A DNA stretch of 63,070 bases, counting the filler, from Octopus bimaculoides (taxonomy: Eukaryota), in assembly GCF_001194135.2 (NCBI RefSeq). It is 10 parts of 10 records of this genome, joined end to end, with 100 filler letters (N's around TTAATTAATTAA, not from the genome) between each part and the next. Parts side by side here need not be neighbours in the genome. Positions count along the whole stretch, not along the records: positions 39,131 to 54,837 come from NC_068991.1; positions 54,938 to 59,522 come from NC_068993.1; positions 59,623 to 61,119 come from NW_026372413.1; positions 61,220 to 63,070 come from NC_069006.1; 6 more parts are not named here. One strand, 5' to 3'. Of the stretch, positions 51,935-63,070 are shown one piece after another; position 1 is the first letter of the stretch, and each line of letters starts with the position of its first letter. The position numbers were made by a program, and so were the translations under genes. The notes below the pieces were generated by a model that saw nothing but the letters and a program-made list of their open reading frames with translations, searched no databases and was not told the origin of the DNA.

Positions 51935-52411
51935 TTAAAAGCCGCCTGTTGGGCGGCTTTTAAGCTAGTATATAGCTTTTAAGCAACTGACCCCAAATGA
52001 GCAGATCTACAAACAGATCTCTGACTTGTTTTGGAGAATTTGTTGCAATTGCTTCCTCCAGAGTTATATCCCAATGATGATCATATTCGTTGCAAAAAAG
52101 TCATACAAACAAATCGCCGAAAACAATCGCAGAAATGAAAACATAGGAACCCAAAACTTCAGGATTGCAGGTCAGGATTTGGCCCGGAATGTTTTTAATT
52201 TACATACAGAGTTGGCCTTTAGATTATAAAAATTGCTATCGTACAAAAACATTTGTCGCAAAACGTCACGTAAAAAAATTGTCGAAAACAATCACAGTAA
52301 TGAAAACTTGGAAATCCAGAATTTCAGGATTGTGGGTCCGGGTGCGGCCCGGAATGTTTTTAATTTACTCACGGAGCCTGATCCCGTTTCTGTTGCGTTT
52401 CTGTTCAAAAT
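51935..52411. mobile_element. Putative Helentron/Helitron-type non-autonomous element (terminal hairpins + 165-bp internal repeats)
   Basis: Perfect 12-bp hairpin ttaaaagccgcc-tgttg-ggcggcttttaa, an overlapping second hairpin, and diverged direct repeats at 52087-52211 and 52252-52376. Confidence 0.4.
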
Positions 52412-53402
52412 TTGGAACATTATACATACATATATATGTATATATATATATATATATATATNNNNNNNNNNNNNNNNNNNNNNNNNNNNNNNNNNNNNNN
52501 NNNNNNNNNNNNNNNNNNNNNNNNNNNNNNNNNNNNNNNNNNNNNNNNNNNNNNNNNNNNNNNNNNNNNNNNNNNNNNNNNNNNNNNNNNNNNNNNNNNN
52601 NNNNNNNNNNNNNNNNNNNNNNNNNNNNNNNNNNNNNNNNNNNNNNNNNNNNNNNNNNNNNNNNNNNNNNNNNNNNNNNNNNNNNNNNNNNNNNNNNNNN
52701 NNNNNNNNNNNNNNNNNNNNNNNNNNNNNNNNNNNNNNNNNNNNNNNNNNNNNNNNNNNNNNNNNNNNNNNNNNNNNNNNNNNNNNNNNNNNNNNNNNNN
52801 NNNNNNNNNNNNNNNNNNNNNNNNNNNNNNNNNNNNNNNNNNNNNNNNNNNNNNNNNNNNNNNNNNNNNNNNNNNNNNNNNNNNNNNNNNNNNNNNNNNN
52901 NNNNNNNNNNNNNNNNNNNNNNNNNNNNNNNNNNNNNNNNNNNNNNNNNNNNNNNNNNNNNNNNNNNNNNNNNNNNNNNNNNNNNNNNNNNNNNNNNNNN
53001 NNNNNNNNNNNNNNNNNNNNNNNNNNNNNNNNNNNNNNNNNNNNNNNNNNNNNNNNNNNNNNNNNNNNNNNNNNNNNNNNNNNNNNNNNNNNNNNNNNNN
53101 NNNNNNNNNNNNNNNNNNNNNNNNNNNNNNNNNNNNNNNNNNNNNNNNNNNNNNNNNNNNNNNNNNNNNNNNNNNNNNNNNNNNNNNNNNNNNNNNNNNN
53201 NNNNNNNNNNNNNNNNNNNNNNNNNNNNNNNNNNNNNNNNNNNNNNNNNNNNNNNNNNNNNNNNNNNNNNNNNNNNNNNNNNNNNNNNNNNNNNNNNNNN
53301 NNNNNNNNNNNNNNNNNNNNNNNNNNNNNNNNNNNNNNNNNNNNNNNNNNNNNNNNNNNNNNNNNNNNNNNNNNNNNNNNNNNNNNNNNNNNNNNTATAT
53401 AT

Positions 53403-53748
53403 GCGCTGGAGTGGCTGTGTGGTAAGAAGCTTGTTTCCCAAACTCATGGCTCCGGGTTCAGTTCTATTATGTGGCACCTGGGGCAAGTGTTGTCTTCTAC
53501 TATAGCCACAGGCCGACCAAAGCCATGTGAGTGGATTTTGTAGACGGAAACTGAAAGAAGCTCGTCATATATATATATGTGTGTGTGTATGTAAGTATTT
53601 GCGTGACTGTGCTTGTGTCCCCGTAACTTAGCGGTTCAGCAAAAGGAACCGATAGAATAAGTACAAAGCTTACAAAGAATAAGTCCTGAGGTCGATTTGT
53701 TCGACTAAAAGCCGTGCTCCTGCATGGCCGCAGTCAAATGAATAAAAG
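53403..53748 (+). mobile_element. SINE family A, full length with internal deletion
   Basis: gcgctggagtggctgtgtggtaagaagc head to gcatggccgcagtcaaatga tail. Confidence 0.9.
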
Positions 53749-53761
53749 AATATATATATAC

Positions 53762-53795
<34 letters not shown>

Positions 53796-54770
53796 GCATG
53801 TATTTATGTACGTATATATACTGGCGGTGCCCCAGCATGCCCTACAGTCTTTGGGGTGAAACGCATAAACGAATGTATATATGTATGTATGTGTGTGTGT
53901 GTGTGTGTGTGTGTATTTATATATACGCACACACACATATGCGTATGTACAATATTGACTATATTCAATTCTTCGTCTTGTAAAAGTCCTATATTCGTCG
54001 TTAAGGTGCGTTTCTTCTCCACCTCCTCCTCCTCCATCACCACCACCACCATTATCACCCTAAAAATTCTCTCCCCTCCCCCCTTATACACACACATTTT
54101 ATACACACACACACCCCTCTACACTATACCACCTTACCTCACCTTCCAAATGTTCACAGCGTTTCATTACCCAAAGAAAAACAAACTATAAAAACAATGA
54201 AAATAAATTTGAAAAAAAAAGAAAAAGAATCTACGAGAATCGTTTATTGTATTGAGGTTTTTTATGTTTTTTGTTTGTTGTTAACCGTGGACTCTGGTTG
54301 CACTGGAAGCATCCAACGCCGCTCTACCGCCCCCACATGTCGACTGTGATTCCTTTTTATTAGAGTGAAATGGCGGAGGGGGGAAGTTGAAGGGCTTCCT
54401 CGGATTTTTGCTGTTTATATGCATGCATATATATGTGTGTGTATGTGCGTATGCGTATGTTTGCATGTATGTATGGGTTGGATTTCACCGTTTGTCTTCT
54501 CATTCTCATACACACACGTCTGTACGTATATGTGTGTGTATGTATGTATGTATGAATGCATGTATAATGTATAAGGTACCGTGAGGGTAGAAAGAAAGTA
54601 CGCATAAAGATGTGTATGCGTGTGTAAAGTACATACATATATGCATACCTACACACACACATATATGTATTTATACCTACACACACAGATATATGTATTT
54701 ATATATGTGTGCACTTTACACACGCATACACATCTATATGCGTGTACCCCTATATATTATACATGTATAT

Positions 54771-54837
<67 letters not shown>

Positions 54838-54937
54838 NNNNNNNNNNNNNNNNNNNNNNNNNNNNNNNNNNNNNNNNNNNNTTAATTAATTAANNNNNNN
54901 NNNNNNNNNNNNNNNNNNNNNNNNNNNNNNNNNNNNN

Positions 54938-55201
54938 TGTGACAAACTATATGTGGGTCAGACAGGCCGCCGGCTGGCCGACCGTTTCACCGAACACCTA
55001 AGGGACGTTCGACTAGGTTCGGACTACCCCGTCGCCCACCATTTCCACTTGGCCAACCACTCCCCCTCTAACATCTCCGTTTTTGGCCTCGCTCTGCACC
55101 ACGGATCCACTCCCTCGCGACTCCACCTGGAACAGCGCTATATTTTCAAGTTACGAACAGCTTTCCCCTCCGGACTCAACACAGCCCCCTCCTCCTTATG
55201 A
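54938..55201 (+). mobile_element. Penelope-like element, GIY-YIG endonuclease C-terminal fragment (open to the stop)
   Basis: CDKLYVGQTGRRLADRFTEHLRDVR...PVAHHF..HS...LEQRYIFKLRT..PSGLN: the YIG-like motif, R..EH, PVA.HF and E..I..L...P.GLN, as in PLE endonucleases. The 5' end is cut by a spacer. Confidence 0.9.
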
Positions 55202-55339
55202 CTGTCTCCTCTACAACGAAGCAACACTTTTTTCATTTTTCCTTGTTGTTTTTTTATATTAATCTCCCTTATCCCTTATCCACTTTACTTTATTTCAATT
55301 ATTTCAATTATTCACTATTTCATTACAATTATTCACAAT

Positions 55340-57508
55340 TTATTTCATTTCTTCGTACACGTACACATACCCACACATACGAAAAACACACGCACCCGTA
55401 TACACACATCAACGCACACATACCTCCATACACACCACACACACACACACACACACANNNNNNNNNNCACATACGAAAAACACACGCACCCGTATACACA
55501 CATCAACGCACACATACCTCCATACACACCACACACACACACACACACACACACAACACATATGCATGCACTAACACGCTCAGATTCATCCACACACATA
55601 TACAAACGCACATACACATACACACTTGTGCACACACACACGCATACGTATACATACACACACACCCATGCATACATAACCCATATATACCCCCATTCAC
55701 ATATACCTCCCGCACACCTGACACATACACTTCGCACACACCTGACATATATACTGTTCACACACCTGACAACACGCATGACAAACATACATGCGCGCTC
55801 ATACAGACATATAGATGAACGCACACATATATACACACATACACACGCACAGTGATGCATACACACCTACTCACACAACCCTACACGCACAGACACACAC
55901 ACCCCTACACGCACAGAGACACACACACCCATATATACGCGCACACATAAACCCTACACACACAGGCACACACACCCATATATACGCGCACACATAAACG
56001 CACACGCCTACACACAACCACATACACACACAGCCACATACATATACACACACACACACACAGAAGTGCACACACGCAATAAAACGCACACATACTTGAA
56101 ACACATCTCTACGCTCACACACACACACATATACACATGCACATACACACACACATACACACACGCACGTACACACACGCACATACAATCACGCACACAC
56201 ATATACACACGCATACATACCTCCCACATACACAACACACATTCACACAGACGCATACAATTACACACACATGGGCATAAATAACACACACATCTACGCA
56301 CGTACGTAATCAAACGCACGCACACACACACATACACACACACGCACGCACAAAAATATACACAATATACACATACATATGCATACACACACGCGCGCAC
56401 GCACAAAAATATACACACGCGCGCACACACACATATACACACAGACGCACACACACACACACATACACACATGCGAGCTGGCAGAAACGTTAGCACACCG
56501 GGCGAAATGCTTAGTGGTGTTTCGTCTGCCGCTACGTTCTGAGTTCAAATTCCGCCGAGGTCGACTTTGCCTTTCATCCTTTCGGGGTCGATGAAATAAG
56601 TACCAGTTACGAACTGGCGTCGATATAATCGACTTAATCCGTTTGTCTGTCTTTGTTTGTTCCCTCTGTGTGTAGCCCCTTGTGGGTAGTAAAGAAATAA
56701 CGCACACATACACACATGCACACACCCACACACACATACACACGCACACCCACACACCCACACATACACACACACACGTGCATAAGTGCGAAAAAATGCA
56801 CATACACCTTCACACACAACTCCCCCCCNNNNNNNNNNCACACACATACACACGCACACCCACACACCCACACATACACACACACACGTGCATAAGTGCG
56901 AAAAAATGCACATACACCTTCACACACAACTCCCCCCCCGTCTACACACACATGCACACACACACATCACATGCACACGCACATACACATGCACACACAC
57001 AAAAGACACATACACACACATGTACAAACGAACTCACATACACACACACACGCAAATGAAGCCACACAACTCCTACACACACACGACACACACTCACACA
57101 CACCCAAGTATACATACATGGACACACGCAAATGAACCCATACATAACTCACATACACACACAACAAACACTAGCACATACACGCACCTATGGACTTACA
57201 CACATACGCACATACACACACAAAAAATAACCCACATGCAATCCACAGAGCAAACCGCATGCATATACACACACACGTACACGCACATATATATACACAT
57301 ACACACGCAAACACAGATACAGGCACACACTGCCAGAAAAACACACTCACACAACATACACATACTTAACTGCTTGCTCACTTTCTAATTCCAAATAATT
57401 CTTGCTGCTAATTCCTTCTACAAGCGACACACACACACACACATACACTAACAGATAAACAGCCAAACCACACACACACACACACATATACGCACATACA
57501 CATGCTGT

Positions 57509-57539
<31 letters not shown>

Positions 57540-57560
57540 TGGACCCACGCGCACGCACAC
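55340..57560. repeat. 2.2-kb degenerate (CA)-rich satellite-like tract
   Basis: Continuous strand-biased CA/TACA/CGCA mosaic, interrupted by a SINE and two 10-N gaps. Confidence 0.85.
56473..56700 (+). mobile_element. SINE family B, young full-length long-tail variant
   Basis: gcgagctggcagaaacgttagc...gagttcaaattccgccgaggtcgactttgcctttcatcctttcggggtcg...gccccttgtgggtagtaaagaaata. Confidence 0.92.
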
Positions 57561-57564
57561 ATAC

Positions 57565-57845
57565 AAGCCTCCCTCTCTTGCACCCTCCTGTCTTAGAAAG
57601 AACTTTTTCTCCACCCTTTCCCTTCTGGTCATTCCACAACGTAACCTAGTGTATATCATTGGCGATTTTTTTCTTCCTGCGTCTTCTCTTCTTTGAACTT
57701 TCCTATATTTCCCACGAAGAGCTCCGCTCGAAACGTCAAATTCTCTTTCTTTGCTTTCCTGAGCGTCCAGTAACACAATATCTGTATCACGTCCTCTTGT
57801 TGTTGTTTTTTTTTTGTCGTTTTTCTTGTTTGAACTCACTATATA
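57565..57845 (+). mobile_element. Penelope-like 3' UTR/pseudo-LTR
   Basis: Pyrimidine-rich UTR, hammerhead-like motif and T-rich tail, on the same strand as and downstream of the GIY-YIG fragment. Confidence 0.6.
57707..57741 (+). ncRNA. Fossil minimal type I hammerhead ribozyme
   Basis: attt-CCCACGA-a-GAGC(tcc)GCTC-GAAA-C-GT-C-aaat: stem I attt/aaat, stem II GAGC/GCTC, GAAA, palindromic ACGT helix III and GUC site. The core is CCCACGA instead of CUGANGA. Confidence 0.6.
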
Positions 57846-58730
57846 ACGCACGCTCACACGGATCCCGAGCTTTCGACTGAACTTGGAGTACTGGAATTCT
57901 TCTACCTTCGGATTACTGTTCCTGTTGGATAGCTACTCCTACTCACTCGGATTACGCCATTTCTGCACCTTCATTACATNNNNNNNNNNNNNNNNNNNNN
58001 NNNNNNNNNNNNNNNNNNNNNNNNNNNNNNNNNNNNNNNNNNNNNNNNNNNNNNNNNNNNNNNNNNNNNNNNNNNNNNNNNNNNNNNNNNNNNNNNNNNN
58101 NNNNNNNNNNNNNNNNNNNNNNNNNNNNNNNNNNNNNNNNNNNNNNNNNNNNNNNNNNNNNNNNNNNNNNNNNNNNNNNNNNNNNNNNNNNNNNNNNNNN
58201 NNNNNNNNNNNNNNNNNNNNNNNNNNNNNNNNNNNNNNNNNNNNNNNNNNNNNNNNNNNNNNNNNNNNNNNNNNNNNNNNNNNNNNNNNNNNNNNNNNNN
58301 NNNNNNNNNNNNNNNNNNNNNNNNNNNNNNNNNNNNNNNNNNNNNNNNNNNNNNNNNNNNNNNNNNNNNNNNNNNNNNNNNNNNNNNNNNNNNNNNNNNN
58401 NNNNNNNNNNNNNNNNNNNNNNNNNNNNNNNNNNNNNNNNNNNNNNNNNNNNNNNNNNNNNNNNNNNNNNNNNNNNNNNNNNNNNNNNNNNNNNNNNNNN
58501 NNNNNNNNNNNNNNNNNNNNNNNNNNNNNNNNNNNNNNNNNNNNNNNNNNNNNNNNNNNNNNNNNNNNNNNNNNNNNNNNNNNNNNNNNNNNNNNNNNNN
58601 NNNNNNNNNNNNNNNNNNNNNNNNNNNNNNNNNNNNNNNNNNNNNNNNNNNNNNNNNNNNNNNNNNNNNNNNNNNNNNNNNNNNNNNNNNNNNNNNNNNN
58701 NNNNNNNNNNNNNNNNNNNNNNNNNNNNNN

Positions 58731-59522
58731 NAAGCAGAGTTTAGTGTCCAATGAAGGAGACGTTGGCATGGGAGCCGGTTGTCGAGTTTAGTTCGATTTC
58801 GATTTCACTTGCCTCAACAGGTCTCAAGCGGAGTTTAGTGTCCAATTGTGGAAAGGTACGCATAAGTGGGCTGGCTATATCCCTGGCAGAGGCCTTTGAT
58901 TTTGGTCTCATTTGGGTTGCCGGGTTTTCTCACGCACAGCATATTTCCAAAGGTCTCGGTCAGTAGTCATTGCCTCGGTGAGGCCTAATGTTCGGAGGTC
59001 GTGCTTCACCACCTCATCCCAGGTCTTCCTGGGCCTGTCACTGCTACAGGTTCCCTCAACCGCTGGGGGGTGTGGTACCTTTTCACACAGCGGTCCTCAT
59101 CTATTCTCACCACGTTAGCATACCAGCGCAATCATCTCTCTTGCAACTCATGCTCCTAAGGTTCAACTTTTCTCTCAAGATACTTACACTCTGACAAGTA
59201 TGCACACTGACATTACACATCCATCGGAGCATACTGGCGTCATTCCTTTTGAGCTTACGCATGTCCTCAGCAGTCATGGCCCATGTTTCACTGCCATATA
59301 GCATGGCTGTTCGTACACATGCGTCATACAGTCTGCCTTTTACTCTGAGTGAGAGGCCCTTTGTCGCCAGCAGAGGTAAGAGCTCTCTGAACTTTGCCCA
59401 GGCTATTCTTATTCTAGCAGCTACACCTTTAGCGCACCCTCCCCCACTACTAACTTGGTCACCTAGATAGCGGAAGCTATCAACTACGTCTAGTTTTTTC
59501 TCCCTGGAATGTGGCAGAAGTT
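58731..59522 (-). mobile_element. RTE-clade LINE, 3' fragment (RT C-terminus + 3' UTR)
   Basis: GEKLDVVDSFRYLGDQVSSGGG...RIRIAWAKFRELLPLL..KGRLYDACVRTAMLYGSETW...RRNDASMLRW-like segment, and ...KTWDEVVKHDLRTLGLTEAMTTDRDLWKYAVREKTRQPK* ending at 58908. The UTR repeats attggacactaaactc. Confidence 0.92.
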
Positions 59523-59779
59523 NNNNNNNNNNNNNNNNNNNNNNNNNNNNNNNNNNNNNNNNNNNNTTAATTAATTAANNNNNNNNNNNNNNNNNNNNNN
59601 NNNNNNNNNNNNNNNNNNNNNNCTCATGAAGGGTGTATTTTGGTCAGAAATATAGTAATGAAAGGGTTAAGCTCATACAATATAGGATAGAAATAGTGGT
59701 TAGCTTAAATAAATACTATTACATCAGGGATGGTATCTTAATACTAAGTTCTACTTCAATTTAGAGAAGGTATGCCCAA

Positions 59780-60190
59780 TATTATGAAGGCATGAAACGT
59801 TGTGTTCCTTCAGATTGTTAATAAGCGGAATTTTGGCCCTAATTAGGAAAAAAAATTAATTTATGCATAATAAGCATTTTCTGTTTTTATTATTGTATGC
59901 AGGTGTGGATGTCAATATTTCTCAGTGTAGGTTAAAGTTAGTACCCTTATCTTTGAGTTCCCATATGTAGCCACTTAATCCAGTAGAATTTCTTCTGTTT
60001 CTGTTCCTAAACGTATAATTGTAATAATTAAGTCTTTGTTTCATACTATTTTTAGTCGCACCCACATATACTCTATTATCATATTTTGTATTTACTACAC
60101 ATTGGTATACCACCTCCTTTCTAATGCAGCTATTTCCGAACACGCAATTTTCACTTATTCTACAATTACAATTTTTACTTTCGTGCACAT
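59780..60190 (-). mobile_element. Penelope-like GIY-YIG fragment of Naiad/Chlamys type (pseudogenised)
   Basis: CNCRISENCVFGNSC (CxCx5C)..VVYQ..VYVGATKNSMKQRLNYYNYTFRN..STGLSGYIWELK..NLH*EIL..AYNNKNRKCLLC. Confidence 0.85.
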
Positions 60191-60199
60191 AGTTAATGT

Positions 60200-60470
60200 G
60201 ATTGCCATGCTATTGCTATTTATTTGGTTATTGTTGATCCCCAAGACGCTGTTATTGCTAATACTATTGTTATTATCAATGATAGTATTCCTACTATTGT
60301 TATTATTATTATTAATACTTCCATTGTTACTTGTACTATTATTATTATTACTACTATTTTTATTGTTTATGTTAATGTTATTGTTTCCAGTATCAATATT
60401 AATATCATCATTACCATTACTATAATTATCATTATTATAGTTATCATTGTTTATATATATATAACTATAG
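60200..60470. repeat. Degenerate (AAT)n tract upstream of the PLE endonuclease
   Basis: Direct reading; gives Asn-rich pseudo-ORFs. Confidence 0.8.
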
Positions 60471-61233
60471 TATAGCTGAGTTTGTGTGTGTGTGTTGCAT
60501 CTATAGAAATCCACACCATACAAGATAGCAATCTGGGAGTCGCACCAATGGATTCCTCATGGTCGAAAATGCCCAGAATCGGCCATTTTTTTTGTTTTGG
60601 GTTGCTTCCTAACACGTGTTATTTTACATTAAGAATAATTTTAAACCATAAATTCTAACAATGTTCAAGTCGCCATTATTTGCAAACATGAGTTCAGTTC
60701 CCTTCTAGCGACGGTGCAAAGAGAGNNNNNNNNNNATTTTAAACCATAAATTCTAACAATGTTCAAGTCGCCATTATTTGCAAACATGAGTTCAGTTCCC
60801 TTCTAGCGACGGTGCAAAGAGAGAGAGCAACAGAGTAACAGATTTTTTCAATTTCCTCATCGATCACGCGCTCAACATATAATATAGAGAGTAAGAGTAA
60901 AAGAGGGAGAGAGAGAGAGAAAGTGATACATACAAAGTCATACATTCACTTGGTTTACCTTCTCACTCTTACTTCTTCTTCCTCTCTTCCATTTAATACC
61001 TCTCTTCTATCCCTCTACCTTGGTCAAACTAAAGCGTTTGAATGTGTGCGCCTGTTTATATAACAAAACACACAGAAACTAAATCGTATATCTATAATGT
61101 TGATGTGTGTATGTGTTTANNNNNNNNNNNNNNNNNNNNNNNNNNNNNNNNNNNNNNNNNNNNTTAATTAATTAANNNNNNNNNNNNNNNNNNNNNNNNN
61201 NNNNNNNNNNNNNNNNNNNATATATATATATAT

Positions 61234-61395
61234 AAGCACCCACTACACTCTCTGAGTGGTTGGCGTTAGGAAGGGCATCCAGCTGTAGAAACTCTGCCAA
61301 ATCAGATTGGAGCCTGGTGTTGCCATCCGGTTTCACCAGTCCTCAGTCAAATCGTCCAACCCATGCTAGCATGGAAAGCGGACGTTAAACGATAT
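61234..61395 (+). mobile_element. RTE-type 3' tail (young)
   Basis: gagtggttggcgttaggaagggcatccagctgtagaaac...ccaacccatgctagcatggaaagcggacgttaaacgat; AGGAAGGGCATCC is typical of RTE/Expander 3' ends and their partner SINEs. Confidence 0.8.
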
Positions 61396-61464
61396 AAACA
61401 GAATAAATACCAAAAGAATACATATATATATAAACCTCTCTGGTTCTGGTGCCACAACAGACAT

Positions 61465-61628
61465 AAAGTGCCCACACTTCTCTCTCTGTTAAGTGGGTTG
61501 GCATTAGAAAGGGTATATAGCAGCCATAGAAACCATGCTGATGTGGAAATTGGGGGAGGGGGTACAGGACCTGTTGGAACATGTGAAACCTTCTGACCCA
61601 TGCCAGTGTGGAACATGGACATTAAATG
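61465..61628 (+). mobile_element. Second, older RTE-type tail
   Basis: gtgggttggcattagaaagggtat...acccatgccagtgtggaacatggacattaaatg. Confidence 0.65.
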
Positions 61629-62685
61629 TAGGAGGAGGAGGGGAAGAAAGACATGGAGGAAGAGGAGAGGAGGAGTAGAAGAAAGAGATGCAGAAGAAGA
61701 AGAAAAGAAAGAGAAGAAGAAAGTGAAAAGGAACAGAGACGAGCAAGAAGGAGGAGAGGAAGGAGAAAAAGAAAAATTCAGTTGTGTTGATGAGAAGCAG
61801 AAGTGAATTGCCATTTGTCAGAGTGATTTTTCATTAAAATGACACGCACGCACACACACACACCTCATATACTTGATAAACATGTTGTTTATTTAATGTT
61901 GTAATTCAAGCAGCAGTTATTAAAACAAAAATAATCGCATAAATCAAAACAAAAACCCAGGAACAAAACCAAATTTCTTGAGCTCATTCAGTTGCTGTCA
62001 TATTTTCCCCCCAAAACCATCTTTTCAACTCTTCTATTTTTACTTATATTGTTTCATCGATTTATTTTATTTTATTTTCTCTTATATTTCCTGTATGTTA
62101 TTTCCGTTGTTATTTTTAAACGTTATCTGTTGTTTCCTCGAAACATCATTAATATTTCACAAATTTTCTTTATTTTTCTCCATAATTTGTATCAATATTC
62201 ACTTTACCAAATATCTCTTCCAATTTTTTCTCATTTTTTTTTTCTCTCTAACAGACAACTTTTCTGAAATTCTGATTCATTTCCTTCCAAAATAAATACA
62301 TCTCCTCTTTGATTCGGCAGAATTTCACAAAAATGTCTTCTTCTTCACATTTTATTTTATAATTTCACTTTTTTATTTTATTTTCTCTTCCTTTGATTAT
62401 TCTTGTTATTTTATTTTCGTTTTCCCATTTTTGTTACAGTTTGTTTTTCAACAGAATATCATCGATACAGCTTTGTTGAATCAAAGACACAAGGCATGTT
62501 TTGTTACTTTTGCATTTCCTGCAAGAATTTTAACGCTTTTCATCTTCTTTGCACTGCAATCCAATTCCTTGGCTTTCTAAATACTCATTCCATTAACACA
62601 TATCTTACAGAATAAAAAAATAAAAATAAAATCGCCATTTTCTTACTTTAGAAAACAAGTTAATATTATTATTATTATTCTTAAT

Positions 62686-62930
62686 AGAGTGGTGAGCTGG
62701 TAGAATTGTTAGGACACCGGGCAAAATGCTTAGCAGTGTTTTGTCTGTTGTTACATTCTGAGTTCAAATTCCACTGAGATCAACTTTGCCATTCATCCTT
62801 TTGAGGTTGACAAATTAAGTACCAGTTGAGTACTAGGGTCGATGTAATCAACTAGTCCCCTCCCCACAAATTTCAGGCCTTGTGCCTATATTAGAAAGGG
62901 TTATTATTATTATTATTATTATTATTATTG
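62686..62930 (+). mobile_element. SINE family B with (TAT)n tail
   Basis: Full consensus order through ggccttgtgcctatattagaaaggg, then tta repeats. Confidence 0.88.
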
Positions 62931-62931
62931 T

Positions 62932-63070
62932 TAAGGTGGCGAGCTGGCAGAATCCTTACGATGCTGGGTGAAATGCTTCGCGGCATTTTGTCTGTCACTA
63001 CGTTCTGAGTTCAAATTCTGCCGAGGTGAACTTCCAGGCCTTGTGCCTATAGTAGAAAGGATTATTATTA
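62932..63070 (+). mobile_element. SINE family B, internally deleted, head-to-tail with the previous copy
   Basis: Head aaggtggcgagctggcagaatc...gccgaggtgaactt is joined directly to ccaggccttgtgcc; the core is missing. Confidence 0.88.

Noticed and set aside
59922-59924. In-frame TGA as selenocysteine in the Naiad-type endonuclease
   Set aside because: It aligns to an expected Trp position rather than Cys, and further stops follow, so it is a nonsense mutation.
60638-60823. Perfect 88-bp direct repeat; similar ones at 55374-55550 and about 56727-56938
   Set aside because: Each pair flanks a 10-N gap, the signature of unmerged contig overlaps.

Overview
Eukaryotic, AT-rich, repeat-saturated DNA. 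The SINE and LINE repertoire points to an octopus or other coleoid cephalopod draft assembly (inferred from remembered repeat sequences, not from a search). About 9 kb (~15%, hand count) is N. Nine identical 100-bp spacers (N44-TTAATTAATTAA-N44) show that ten separate pieces were joined artificially, so long-range adjacency is uncertain. I found no intact, nameable host gene and no prokaryotic system (no CRISPR, operon, rRNA or true tRNA). Almost all long ORFs in the track are artefacts of N-runs or microsatellites. Supported content: (1) a near full-length but broken R4/Dong-clade non-LTR retrotransposon (RT, CCHC, restriction-like endonuclease) ending in a (TAA)n tract, plus two other RLE-LINE 3' fragments; (2) an RTE LINE fragment and RTE-type tails; (3) two different Penelope-like GIY-YIG fragments and a pseudo-LTR with a fossil minimal hammerhead ribozyme; (4) young non-autonomous Helitrons with a precise CTAG|TC head-to-tail junction; (5) a mariner MITE and mariner fragments; (6) more than 20 tRNA-derived SINE copies from modular families; (7) many micro- and minisatellites. 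A chain of short, splice-consensus-flanked + strand segments and a triple ZNF143/Staf-like motif suggest the repeats lie in introns of an unidentified transcript (low confidence). The best leads are in mobile-element biology; I cannot claim a new system from sequence alone.
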